Shown: one piece after another, positions 47,100 through 57,262 of the stretch
Numbering within the stretch: position 1 is the first letter of the stretch
How the letters are laid out: every line of letters starts with the position of its first letter
Assembly: GCA_031385045.1 (NCBI GenBank)
Contig: JANNBC010000024.1
Location: forward strand, 32,001-96,000
Direction: 5' to 3'
Length of the DNA: 64,000 nucleotides
DNA from: a bacterium
Lineage (GTDB): Bacteria; Bdellovibrionota_C; UBA2361; CALJRW01
The notes under the pieces: generated by a model
The model's input: the letters and a program-made list of their open reading frames with translations, nothing else
Databases searched by the model: none
Told to the model about the DNA's origin: nothing
Made by a program: the position numbers and the translations under genes

Positions 47100-50000
47100 T
47101 TATTGAAATAATTGATCTAGATCATCTTTCGTTAAGTTTAGATTACTCAAGCCATTATCATTAATTAATGAATCAATAATGTCTGACTTCTTAGATTTCA
47201 GATTCATAATTTTTTGTTCAATCGAATCTTCTGTTACTAAACGATAAACGTTTACTGGTTTTACCTGGCCAATACGGTGAGCTCGGTCAATCGCTTGGTT
47301 CTCAACTGCCGGGTTCCACCATGGATCGTAAATAATTACTGTATCCGCACCAGTTAAGTTTAGTCCAGTTCCCCCAGCTTTTAAGCTAATTAAGAATAGC
47401 TTAATACGCTCATCGGCATTGAAACTATCAACCAAGTCTTGGCGGTTTTTAGTACTACCATCAAGATATAGATAGTTAATTTTCTCTGTTTCCATCCAAC
47501 GTTTAATAATTGCCAGCATTTCTCGGAACTGGCTAAAGAGTAGAATCTTACGTCCAGCGGCAAGTGATTCTAGAACTAGATCTTTTAATAATTCAAATTT
47601 TCCAGAATCAAAATCAGGAAGATCTTTTAGTCCTTCAATCGAATTTGGGTGGTTACAAACTTGGCGTAATCGCAGCAGGGCGGCCAAAATTGAGATGCTA
47701 GCTCCGCGAACACCTTTAGCTTCTACCGCATCCATAATTTGTGGACGAACTTCAGCTAGTATTTGCCCATACAGAGCTTTTTGAGAGTCAGTCATCGCTA
47801 CATGCATTTCTGATTCTGTTTTAGGAGGCAATTGCTTCTCTACTTCAGATTTCAGGCGACGTAATAAGAAAGGCTTAGTCTTGTTTTTTAAGAAACGAGT
47901 AGATTCAATTCCGTTAATATTCTCTAGGATAGGTTTCTCAATTTGATTTTTAAAGAATTCTAGTGACCCCAAATAACCCGGCATTAAGAAATCAAAAATT
48001 GACCAAAGTTCTAATGGTCTGTTCTCTGTTGGAGTACCACTTAGTGCTAAGCGAGACTCCGATTTTAATGCTTTGGCAGCTTTGCAAGTTGCTGTCAGCG
48101 GATTCTTAATATTCTGAGCTTCATCCAAAATTATATATAAGAAAGAATGTTTTTCTAGCTCGGAGCGATCAATTCGAAGCAGAGCATAGGAGGTAATAAT
48201 AATATCGTAGTCTGGAATGTTAGCGAAATCTTTTTTGCGATTAGCGCCTTGTAGGACTAAAGTCTTTAAATTTGGTGTAAAGCGCATTGCTTCGTAAAGC
48301 CAGTTAGTTGTTACTGAGGTTGGTGCAATTACTAAAACTGGTTTATTCACTGCTTTTGCTTTGGCCTTGGCAATTTTTAAGGACTGAACAAGTGCTAGAG
48401 TTTGAACAGTTTTTCCAAGTCCCATCTCATCAGCTAAAATTCCATTAAAACCATATTCATGTAGGAAGTTAAGCCAAGACAGCCCTTCTTTTTGGTATTT
48501 TCTTAATTGTCCTTTGAAAATTGCTGGTGGATTAATTGATTTAATATTTTCAAAGTTAGCTAATTTTTGACCAAGTTCAATTAATGATTTCTCTGCTTTG
48601 ATTTTTACATTAGCACTTTCACCGCTTTGTAGGGTGATTGCTTGAGCAACAGAAATTTTAGTTTCAATTTTACTGGAGTGTTTGTAGTTTGCGGAAACAA
48701 ATCCCAAGGTAGTTTTTAAGCGTTTAAGTCCGCCACCAGGAATTTCTGCCCAAGCACCATTATCTAATTGGATCCAACGATCGAAGCCTTTATTAGTGCT
48801 TTGGAAAATTTTAGTTAGGGGAACAGTTGCCGAGTTCTGACTTAGAGTAATATTACATTCAAACCAATCAATGGAACCTTTCTGTTCTTGTTCTCCAGAC
48901 TTCTTAATGTCCATATTAAGTGTTAACTTGGAGAAGCGAATACTGTCCTTGATGTCTTGTAATCCTTCAACGCCCCAGCTATTAATCTCTTCGGGAACTT
49001 CTTTATAAAGTAGATCTAAAGCGTAGTCACCGCCGATGTTATAATAATCAAGACCTTCTTGAGGTTCAAAACCTAATTGGCAGATTTTTTCACTGCACTC
49101 TTCCTCAAATGCTCTGTCTGGAATGTAGACTACTTTTTTATTTTGAGGTGATGGAGGATATTCAAAATTTAGATAAGCTCTTAGATTAATTTGATCTAGG
49201 TTTACGCCACGATCAAATATTTCGGAGTTAGCCGCTTCAACTTGCAGGCGAATAGTTGGGCGCTTAATTTCAGCTTTAGGTTGTTTCGCAGGATTGACAA
49301 CCTTTAATAGATTCTTAGGGATTAAGTCTTTCTCTAAGAGTTCTAAAATTGCACCAGCTTGCTGATAGCTGAAACTAATTTTATTACTAAACGGATAAAG
49401 TTTAATTAATTCATTAGCCGAAGGGGATAGCTTAAAAACTTGATCGTTAACTAAGGTCCAGAAATCTTCAGTACCAACAATTTCAGTTTCTTTTAGTAGG
49501 TGAGTCCCATCAGGCATAACCCAAAGTGCTTGCAGTTCTACAGTTGATTCTTGCCAAGTAATTTGAACTAGTAAGTCAAGTAAGTCATGATTAAAAGTAA
49601 CTTTTTGATCTGTCTCGGTGAGAGTGATCTGGGGATATTCTTCCAGTAAACCTAAAATTATTTTGATCTGATGACTAGCATTGAGATACCAGATTCCATC
49701 CAGATCATCCCATTCACAATGGTCTTCAATCAGCTGCAAAAGAACTTGATCTAACTGACGACTAGAAAGATTTTCATCGGAATTTAATTCGCTCGGGGTA
49801 ATTAATAATTGATCAAAATATAATTTAATTCCTAAGCTTTGATTAGAAGTGCTTAAAGTTACTTTTACTTCTGGATAGATTTCTTTAGAAATACAATGAT
49901 ACCCCAGGTGCCGCGCCGTCTCCAAAGATTTAACGATTTCTTCTGGGCTAGCATTAATTTTAAAAACATCGGTTTGTGAAGCTTCCTTGGAATTTCCAGA

Positions 50001-50315
50001 ATTGGAATAAATATTTTGTTGAAAACAATGAAAAGTTAAAGCTACTAAATGTGAACACCACTGATCTGCTAAATCTTCTTCTGAGCAACAAGTACATTTT
50101 GGATTAATAAATTGATCACTCTTAATCTCAACGCTAGTAAAGAAAGTTTCCTCGTCCTCGATGACTTGACCAGAGATTAAATTACCAACGGCCTGACATT
50201 CGCTAACTTGACCAAAGGCGGCATACTCAAATCCACGATCAACAACAGAATATGGGGCAAAAGGTTTGAGGGAAGAACGTAACTCAGATTCAGAAGTGGC
50301 ACTAGCTAAGGACAT
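47100..50315 (-). CDS. SWIM zinc finger + SNF2 family helicase/ATPase
   Basis: CTC...WCSH (SWIM), ILADEMGLGKT, LDEAQNIKN, SGTPTEN, FSQF, SLKAGGTGLNL, QAIDRAHRIGQ. Confidence 0.93.
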   Translation of the reverse strand: MSLASATSESELRSSLKPFAPYSVVDRGFEYAAFGQVSECQAVGNLISGQVIEDEETFFTSVEIKSDQFINPKCTCCSEEDLADQWCSHLVALTFHCFQQNIYSNSGNSKEASQTDVFKINASPEEIVKSLETARHLGYHCISKEIYPEVKVTLSTSNQSLGIKLYFDQLLITPSELNSDENLSSRQLDQVLLQLIEDHCEWDDLDGIWYLNASHQIKIILGLLEEYPQITLTETDQKVTFNHDLLDLLVQITWQESTVELQALWVMPDGTHLLKETEIVGTEDFWTLVNDQVFKLSPSANELIKLYPFSNKISFSYQQAGAILELLEKDLIPKNLLKVVNPAKQPKAEIKRPTIRLQVEAANSEIFDRGVNLDQINLRAYLNFEYPPSPQNKKVVYIPDRAFEEECSEKICQLGFEPQEGLDYYNIGGDYALDLLYKEVPEEINSWGVEGLQDIKDSIRFSKLTLNMDIKKSGEQEQKGSIDWFECNITLSQNSATVPLTKIFQSTNKGFDRWIQLDNGAWAEIPGGGLKRLKTTLGFVSANYKHSSKIETKISVAQAITLQSGESANVKIKAEKSLIELGQKLANFENIKSINPPAIFKGQLRKYQKEGLSWLNFLHEYGFNGILADEMGLGKTVQTLALVQSLKIAKAKAKAVNKPVLVIAPTSVTTNWLYEAMRFTPNLKTLVLQGANRKKDFANIPDYDIIITSYALLRIDRSELEKHSFLYIILDEAQNIKNPLTATCKAAKALKSESRLALSGTPTENRPLELWSIFDFLMPGYLGSLEFFKNQIEKPILENINGIESTRFLKNKTKPFLLRRLKSEVEKQLPPKTESEMHVAMTDSQKALYGQILAEVRPQIMDAVEAKGVRGASISILAALLRLRQVCNHPNSIEGLKDLPDFDSGKFELLKDLVLESLAAGRKILLFSQFREMLAIIKRWMETEKINYLYLDGSTKNRQDLVDSFNADERIKLFLISLKAGGTGLNLTGADTVIIYDPWWNPAVENQAIDRAHRIGQVKPVNVYRLVTEDSIEQKIMNLKSKKSDIIDSLINDNGLSNLNLTKDDLDQLFQ

Positions 50316-50403
50316 TGATTATTATAATAATAAAGGCAGTATGTTAGGATTTTTAAACTTTGTTGTAAAGTTTTTAACAAAGATGAAATTTTACAAATTT
50401 CCA

Positions 50404-50814
50404 TCATTGTTGATAGGCTTCGATCTTCCAAGTGTAATGTTTTAATTTCGGAAGGGGACTATTAAATTTAAACCACATTGGACCTTCTTCTGGCATTAGA
50501 CTTCTAGAACCAATATGCTTTGACTTTAATAGGCGATTTTTTTGATAAAAGTTTAAACGAAGATTGTATTCTCCCTCTCCTTCCACTAAACCAGTCCAGA
50601 ATCCCCGTTTATCAGGTAATAACTGATATTTTACCTCAGAAACTTTGATTTTACTTGCTAGTATTTTTGGCTGTGGAAGCTCGGTTTTAGTGAAATTATG
50701 GTAGTAATAGGCAGTTGGGTACTTATGAATATCAGCATACGCTGAGTTAGGATCTATTTGATAAGGAGTACACCCAATAGCTAATAAGCAAATCAACAAC
50801 AATAGTCTGAACAT
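50404..50814 (-). CDS. Hypothetical lipoprotein
   Basis: Lipobox LAIGC after a hydrophobic stretch. Confidence 0.65.
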   Translation of the reverse strand: MFRLLLLICLLAIGCTPYQIDPNSAYADIHKYPTAYYYHNFTKTELPQPKILASKIKVSEVKYQLLPDKRGFWTGLVEGEGEYNLRLNFYQKNRLLKSKHIGSRSLMPEEGPMWFKFNSPLPKLKHYTWKIEAYQQ

Positions 50815-51058
50815 TAATTAAAAATAGTGAATTTTGCGGGATTTGGCAATGAAGCAATGAGGAAGCTTTACCTGTAAAGATGTAACCTAATTTAGGATCG
50901 GTCTTGGTCTTTTTTGCACTTGGGAATTATTGGAGTATCTTAATCAACTATGCTATACAGCAGTCTTTAAATTTTCAGAACAACTTAGACAAAAAGCTAC
51001 TATTTGCGCTAGCCTTCTAGCGACTTAGGATTCGCTTAGTGTAACGAAGTCACGAATC

Positions 51059-52003
51059 ATGAAATTAATCCTAGGTACCAGAGGTAGTGCGCTAGCACTA
51101 AAACAAACTGAACAAGTGATCAAGTTACTGAAAGAAGTTGATCCCACGCTTGAAACTACAATTAAAATCATTAAAACACTGGGTGATTCAAAACAAGGGA
51201 CTGCTGAAGCTGCTATTAGTGATAAACAGGACTGGATTCAAGGTTTAGATACGGCCTTAGTCAGTGGTGAGATTGATCTAGCAGTTCATTCGGCAAAGGA
51301 TGTGCCCGTAGAGATTCATCCTGCAAGTCAGATCTTTCCTTTAGGAGTTAGAGAAAATCCAGCAGATCTGTTAATTGTCAAAAACTCCCAATATAAAAAT
51401 CTAGATTCCTTGCCAAAAGGTGCCATTATTGGGACAGCAAGCTTAAGACGTCAGGCGCAGATTTTAAATTATCGATCAGATTTAAAGTTAGTTGCCCATC
51501 GCGGTAATATCAATACTCGAATTGAAACTTTTAAAGAGAGTCCAACTCTCTCGGCAATTGTTTTGGCTAATGCTGGCTTAAGTCGAATGACAATTGATAC
51601 CTCACGATTCTATAAGATTGATCCCAAGATTATGCTTCCTGCCGTTAATCAAGGCTGTGTAGTTGGGCATATCATGTTACATCGCAACGACTTACTGACT
51701 TTGATGAATAAGGTGATTGACCCAGAGGTTAGGATTGCCTTTGAAGCGGAGCGGCAATGTATTAATTTATTAGATGCCAATTGCCATTCGGCTGTCGGTG
51801 TTTTTGCTAAGGTCATCGGGCAAGAGCTAGAGCTGACCTGCCGAATTTTAATGCCTGATGGCAGTGAAAAGATTGAGGCCTCGGTAGTAGGGAGTATTAA
51901 TAATCATTTGCAGATGAGCGAGGAGATCGCCGAGGAACTAGTTTTAAAAGGAGCCAGTCGGATTATTGCTGAAAGTAATAAATTAAGAGCGGGATGGAAT
52001 TAA
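51059..52003 (+). CDS. hemC: Hydroxymethylbilane synthase (porphobilinogen deaminase)
   Basis: GTRGSALALKQ, DLAVHSAKDVP, GTASLRR, RGNINTR, AER..LDANC (cofactor Cys). Confidence 0.94.
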   Translation: MKLILGTRGSALALKQTEQVIKLLKEVDPTLETTIKIIKTLGDSKQGTAEAAISDKQDWIQGLDTALVSGEIDLAVHSAKDVPVEIHPASQIFPLGVRENPADLLIVKNSQYKNLDSLPKGAIIGTASLRRQAQILNYRSDLKLVAHRGNINTRIETFKESPTLSAIVLANAGLSRMTIDTSRFYKIDPKIMLPAVNQGCVVGHIMLHRNDLLTLMNKVIDPEVRIAFEAERQCINLLDANCHSAVGVFAKVIGQELELTCRILMPDGSEKIEASVVGSINNHLQMSEEIAEELVLKGASRIIAESNKLRAGWN

Positions 52004-52031
52004 TAAGTACTGGACTCGGTTCTAGTTAGAT

Positions 52032-52060
52032 AAAAAAAGGGAGCATTGAGCTCCCTTTTT
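52032..52060. terminator. Bidirectional rho-independent terminator
   Basis: AAAAAGGGAGC ATTGA GCTCCCTTTTT between convergent genes, T-tracts on both strands. Confidence 0.88.
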
Positions 52061-52079
52061 CGTTTGCATTACATTCGTC

Positions 52080-53900
52080 TTATTTAACTACTTTTAATCC
52101 ACAAGACTCCTCAAGTGAAGCAATGCTTTCCGCTGAGAAGCGAGTTAATCCATAAGTATTAACATGTTGGTTAACAAATGTTGTTGCTGAATTGTAAGTT
52201 GGATTAATACCTTGGTTGCTAGTGCCATCTAGGTAAGTATGCAATACAATTCTTTTTGCTTTTCTTATAGCGACTGCAGTACTCAATCCATTTTTGATAT
52301 ACAGCCGAGTTAAGGCTTTTTCTAACTTAGCTGCGCGACTAAGACCAATATTCTTTAGGTTATTGATCGCAGTATTAAATGTATCCAAGTCTGAACCCAA
52401 GGAAGAGATTTGTAGGTCTCCAGCACATGAGTCAATATTGTTACATTCAAACAAGTAGACGCCATTTCCAACAATTGCGTTGTATGACTGCCAGCCCACA
52501 ACGTTTTCTTGGTTTGGATCAAAATCATCAACTTTAGCTTTACCACCTAGTTTTAAGCGAACATTTTTGATTCGGATCTCTAACTGACTAGCCAGTAAAT
52601 TAAGTTGAGCCATGTCTTGGTCAGCTTGAGTAATTACTTGTAAATCAGCTTGCTTACATTCTGGGACAATTGGTTTAACGGTAACTTTAACCCCAGTACA
52701 TTCTGTGTATAAGTTTTTTAAACCGTAATCTACCAAGAAGTTAGCACCAATTGTATAGTCTCCAACTTGTTCTGCAGTTGGAGTCCATTCGATATTAATA
52801 GTTGCTTTACCATTAGCTCCTTCCTCTGCGAAGATTACTTCTTCACCAGCAGGAACATTTGGTTTAGCACCAGTTGGTAATCCTGTGTAGCTAACTATTA
52901 CTGGAGATTTATCAGTATCAAAATAATCTTTATTGATTACATCGAAAGTAAGAGTAGTTGGTTTGCCAACTTCTACAGGATTCGCTGTAACATTAGACGC
53001 ACCACACATAACTTTTGATTTTGTTTCTAGTTCTGGATGAGTACAAGTTGAGCAATCCGTTTTAGCAGTTAATAAGCTGTTCAGGAAATTGTTATAGTAA
53101 GTTGGAACGGCATTTGCAGCAGCCCAAAACCAAACACCTACGCGCTCACCAAATTTAATACCTTTATAAGTATATGATTTGTTTTGTAGTAGGAGTTCAT
53201 CAACTTGATGTGAGTTAATGCCAGAAACATCTAGTTCTAAGTTAATTATCTTAGAAGTTGCAGTAGTATCAATTGAGAATTTTACAGCACCAGGAGTTGC
53301 TACTGAGCTAAAAATCGTCTCTCTATAAGGTGGAGCATACTTAGCGTAAAAACTTTGGGCTAAGCTAGCTTTATTGCGATAAGGCCCAGTGCCATCACCA
53401 AATGGGATGCTATCGTCATAGCCATTATGAGTAATGTTTTGTGATTGATGAGTTTCACCGTTATTGCAATAAAGGTTTAAGTGACCATTAAAGGCGAATA
53501 CGTTAACTTTTGGATTAGCTTCGTCTGTAAAATCAACATAGAGGTGACCAACACTGCCTTCGCAGTTTTTACGACTAACATCTAAAGCTCCATCAGTTAA
53601 TACTAAATGAAAGAAGTTAGCAGTTTTAGCAGTAGTTGTATCAATCTCAGCTTCAACAATTAGTTTTTCGGCAACTTCGTCATAGTTAAGATTTAAGTAT
53701 TTTACTTTGATTAAATTATTACGGTCTTCAATATCTTTCTGAAGAATAGCGTTAGTCTGAGCACAGCCTACTCCTTCACAAATCACGTTCTCACAATACT
53801 TCAAATCATTGAAGTCTGGGATATGTAGGTTATACTCTTCGGCGCTAAGGCAACTAAGGCTAACAAAAGTTGTGACTAAAAGTGCTACTAGGTGTTTCAT
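52080..53900 (-). CDS. Secreted multi-domain protein (beta-rich N-domain, Ig-like domain, Cys/helical C-terminal domain); paralog of 54218-55957
   Basis: GAGGA RBS before ATG 53900, signal peptide, Ig-like IEWTPTAEQVGDYTI motif, many Cys. Confidence 0.75.
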   Translation of the reverse strand: MKHLVALLVTTFVSLSCLSAEEYNLHIPDFNDLKYCENVICEGVGCAQTNAILQKDIEDRNNLIKVKYLNLNYDEVAEKLIVEAEIDTTTAKTANFFHLVLTDGALDVSRKNCEGSVGHLYVDFTDEANPKVNVFAFNGHLNLYCNNGETHQSQNITHNGYDDSIPFGDGTGPYRNKASLAQSFYAKYAPPYRETIFSSVATPGAVKFSIDTTATSKIINLELDVSGINSHQVDELLLQNKSYTYKGIKFGERVGVWFWAAANAVPTYYNNFLNSLLTAKTDCSTCTHPELETKSKVMCGASNVTANPVEVGKPTTLTFDVINKDYFDTDKSPVIVSYTGLPTGAKPNVPAGEEVIFAEEGANGKATINIEWTPTAEQVGDYTIGANFLVDYGLKNLYTECTGVKVTVKPIVPECKQADLQVITQADQDMAQLNLLASQLEIRIKNVRLKLGGKAKVDDFDPNQENVVGWQSYNAIVGNGVYLFECNNIDSCAGDLQISSLGSDLDTFNTAINNLKNIGLSRAAKLEKALTRLYIKNGLSTAVAIRKAKRIVLHTYLDGTSNQGINPTYNSATTFVNQHVNTYGLTRFSAESIASLEESCGLKVVK

Positions 53901-54217
53901 ATTTCCTCGGTACAAATAAGCAAACTGAAAAAATATTAAGAAAATAAATTTTAGGTTTGCCAGCGACTTAAGTTTTAGATAGTTCTAAATTTAAGTGGCG
54001 ATAAACAAAAATTACATAGTGAGAAAAATATTTTTTTGTATTCACTATGCACTCGTTACTCAACTACTAATCAGCCAAGCTTTGATTCCTGCTTCCATGA
54101 AAAAACAGTATCGTCATTTGTTATGGCGGATTAAGTGGAGTTGTTGCATTAAAGATATGCTTTTTTGGATTTTACTCAAGGAAATCAGTGATTTTTTTTA
54201 AAAAACTTTAAAAGTCT

Positions 54218-55957
54218 TTATTCACAGATAAAATGTAGGACATACTTATTTGCTAATAATTGACTGACCCCATCATAGGCATTAAAGCTTAAATCAGCCG
54301 CTTTTTTCTGATAATTGTTAAATTTTTTGTTAATTATGGCTAATTTTGCAGGCGTAAGGGTTCCGTTAGCACGACCAATAAGGATTTGGTTACGACGTAT
54401 TCTATTAATTAATTTAAGGCCAATATTATCAATAAAGTTACAATCAGAGATTTTTTGACCATCACAGTATGTCATTTTAATATTTTCCCCGGCTTCATGT
54501 AGTTGGTTATAGGTATCTATTTGTTGGCAGGCGCTATAACCTGAGCTACAAGTAATAAATGGATTAGGCAGACTATTTATTTGATTTTGAACAACCTGAC
54601 TATAATTATTAATTTTTGTGCTGAAGTCTTGGCGTTTTTTCTGTCTCGCCGTAGTTAGGTAACTTTGATTATAGCTATTTTTAGCAAGTAAAAATGACTT
54701 TAAGCTACTAATATTGGTTTTAATTTGATTTAAGATACCAGTAATGTCATTGCTTTGACATATTGGAGCACTAGATAATACTTCAAAATTCAAGGTGCAA
54801 TCTGTAACTTCTGTGGAGCTACCATTTTGACCATAAATTTGTTGAAAGCGGACTGGGATAGAATAGCTTCCAACGTCTGCTTCGGTGGGAGTCCAGTTTA
54901 ATGTCACTGACTGATTTTCACCTGTTGGAATAATACCATCATTAATAATTGGATTGTTATTAGGTTTGCTTACAAACTGCATGCTCGGCTTTAAGCTACT
55001 TAAGAACTGTACACGATGTTGATCGTTTGTATCGTCATCTGAAAAATGAACACTTGCTTCTACGGATTCTCCTACGCCGATTTGACTGGCTATTCCAGTT
55101 ACCCCAGTACAAGTTGGGCTAGTATTTGGAACTCGTCTCTCGGCCCGACAAAGGCTACAGCTAGATAGGCTAAAAGCTGAAATCAAATTGTCAGTTCCAT
55201 AAGTAGAATTACTGATTACAGAAGGTACAAAATCTAACGTTAGCCATTTTTCTACACTGACTTCTCTTCCAAAATCAAAGATTCGTGTTAATTTATTATA
55301 GTTTAAACAGCCTCTTGATGATGTTTTACAAGAGACCGCCATTTCTTGTTGATACTCAGGCGTATTATTTGGAATAAAGGCTTGAATTTGCGTGGTATCA
55401 AGAATAATCGTGAATTTTCTTTTTGTAACTCCAGATAGGGTGCTATCACTCATCTCGGCAAAGGAAACCCAGTCTGGATTTGTGTTGGAAGTGCTGCTAA
55501 GTAATATTGGCTCAGTTTTATTTAGTCCAATTCCTGGATCCGTCTGCCAGCTACCTGGTGAGTTATTGCAGCTAGACTCGGGCTGAGCTTCACGATTATA
55601 AATATAAGCGGTAATTGTTGGAGCAATACCACTCTTGAGGTTTGTTCCATCCACATAAAAATATGCTAGCTTATAATTATTCGTAATTAGATCACTTTCA
55701 GAGTTAAGCCCAAACTGAAATCCATTAGCCAAGCTTGTGCCACCTTGATCAGTAAATTCAACTTCAACGTTTAGTAGTTTAGTTATTGTATCGTACTTAA
55801 ACTCAGCAAAATTTGTTTTTACATTGAACTGGTTATATTTAGAAGTATTACAAGCAGTGAAATTAGGATCAATATAAAAGCCTAGCTCTTCTGCCTGAGC
55901 AAAGGTGGCAAATAGCATTAAGGTTGTTAAAAAAAGTTTCCTACTTAGAGTCTTCAT
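54218..55957 (-). CDS. Secreted multi-domain protein; paralog of 52080-53900
   Basis: Signal peptide (AQA|EE), LNWTPTEADVGSYSI, and AN.F...L.Y.D...P.....N shared with the neighbouring gene. Confidence 0.75.
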   Translation of the reverse strand: MKTLSRKLFLTTLMLFATFAQAEELGFYIDPNFTACNTSKYNQFNVKTNFAEFKYDTITKLLNVEVEFTDQGGTSLANGFQFGLNSESDLITNNYKLAYFYVDGTNLKSGIAPTITAYIYNREAQPESSCNNSPGSWQTDPGIGLNKTEPILLSSTSNTNPDWVSFAEMSDSTLSGVTKRKFTIILDTTQIQAFIPNNTPEYQQEMAVSCKTSSRGCLNYNKLTRIFDFGREVSVEKWLTLDFVPSVISNSTYGTDNLISAFSLSSCSLCRAERRVPNTSPTCTGVTGIASQIGVGESVEASVHFSDDDTNDQHRVQFLSSLKPSMQFVSKPNNNPIINDGIIPTGENQSVTLNWTPTEADVGSYSIPVRFQQIYGQNGSSTEVTDCTLNFEVLSSAPICQSNDITGILNQIKTNISSLKSFLLAKNSYNQSYLTTARQKKRQDFSTKINNYSQVVQNQINSLPNPFITCSSGYSACQQIDTYNQLHEAGENIKMTYCDGQKISDCNFIDNIGLKLINRIRRNQILIGRANGTLTPAKLAIINKKFNNYQKKAADLSFNAYDGVSQLLANKYVLHFICE

Positions 55958-56124
55958 AGCGATAAAGGCTTATCCATTATAGCAACAGTTATGATTCAGA
56001 TTTGTTACCTGCAACACTGTCGGCATAAAATCTTATTTAGAAAAGTTTTAATTTGAACTTTTATTAGTCCTTAAAACAGTATAAGTAGCTGATTTTGAAA
56101 GGGTTCTAGTCTAGCTACGAATCT

Positions 56125-57123
56125 TTAGATTGTAGCACTTACTAGGTCTAACTCAAGCTCGGCTGTTAATTGGTTTAAAATGGCATAGGCTTGGTCTAAA
56201 TCAATTGTTTCCATTAATTTGGCTCGCACCTCGCTAGCAAGTGGAAAGCCGGCAATGTAGATTTTGTAGAATTTTTTCATGACCGTATATCTGGTCTTAT
56301 TTCCCCATCGTGCTCCGTGAAGATTCATATGTTGTAGCAGGAGTTGAATCTTCTCGATCGCTGATAATTGTGACATGCTTGTGATGCCATGATCGTTAAA
56401 AATAAATAGATTTTGGAAGATGCCTCTGCCGATCATTAGTCCATTAACTTTGGATTCATGATAGCGACGATGTAAATCTTCTTGATTAAAGATGTCACCA
56501 TTACCAATAATTAAAGTTTTCTTTTGCATCTGATTTCTTAACTGCACAACTTTAGCAATTTCATCCCAATTTGCTGGGTATTTTGATTGGTGCTTAGCAA
56601 CCCGACCATGGATTGTAAGTACTGGTAAATCTAGATCTAGTAGAAATCCTGCCCACTCTTCAGTTCTTAAATCTCGATAGCCAAGTCTGGTCTTAACACT
56701 GACTGGTAGATGCTTGGCGCCTTCTCTCGCGGCTAAAATCAATTCTTTGGCTAAAGTTGGATTTTCAATTAGCCCAGAGCAACAGCCTTTAGCGGCAATT
56801 TTAGCAACAGGACAGCCCATGTTAATATCAATGCCATCAAATCCGCGCTCCCGCATCTCGGTGCAGGCTTTTAAGTAGTTTTCGGGCTTATTGCCCCAGA
56901 TTTGGGAAACTAAAGGAAGTTCTAGAGGTGTGTATTCTAATCTTTCAATGACTCTTTCTCGACCAAGAGAGAGGAGGCCATCAGTGGATGTAAATTCTGT
57001 AAAAAAGACATCAGGACGACCACAGCTTGCGACTACTCGACGAAAGACAGTATCGGTTACATCTTCCATTGGAGCTAGAACTTTAATTGGTTGAGGTAAT
57101 TTATGCCAAAAAGAGTCCCACAT
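56125..57123 (-). CDS. dus: tRNA-dihydrouridine synthase (Dus family)
   Basis: LAPMEDVTD, QIWG, DINMGCP, VSVKTRLG, TIHGR, GNGDI, MIGRG. Confidence 0.94.
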   Translation of the reverse strand: MWDSFWHKLPQPIKVLAPMEDVTDTVFRRVVASCGRPDVFFTEFTSTDGLLSLGRERVIERLEYTPLELPLVSQIWGNKPENYLKACTEMRERGFDGIDINMGCPVAKIAAKGCCSGLIENPTLAKELILAAREGAKHLPVSVKTRLGYRDLRTEEWAGFLLDLDLPVLTIHGRVAKHQSKYPANWDEIAKVVQLRNQMQKKTLIIGNGDIFNQEDLHRRYHESKVNGLMIGRGIFQNLFIFNDHGITSMSQLSAIEKIQLLLQHMNLHGARWGNKTRYTVMKKFYKIYIAGFPLASEVRAKLMETIDLDQAYAILNQLTAELELDLVSATI

Positions 57124-57262
57124 TTAGTTAAGATTTAGTTTTTAAAATTGATAATATTCAGTTAAAATGATTTTAATTGCGTAAGAATGAAAATAACCTC
57201 TTTTATAAAAGATTTTTATTATTTAGTCTAAAGTATCTTGGATTATTTTACGATATTTTATC

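Noticed and set aside
47100..50315. Anti-phage defence helicase (DISARM- or Zorya-type)
   Set aside because: SWIM-SNF2 is a widespread stand-alone bacterial family, and no methylase, nuclease or other defence gene is adjacent
53995..54201. 68-aa ORF between the two secreted paralogs
   Set aside because: GTG start with no RBS, no motif, opposite strand to both neighbours; more likely the promoter region of the 53900 gene
56017..56044. Sixth sigma28-like promoter upstream of 55957
   Set aside because: GCCGACAG is present on the minus strand, but there is no TAAAG/TCAAG at the 15-bp spacing seen at the other sites
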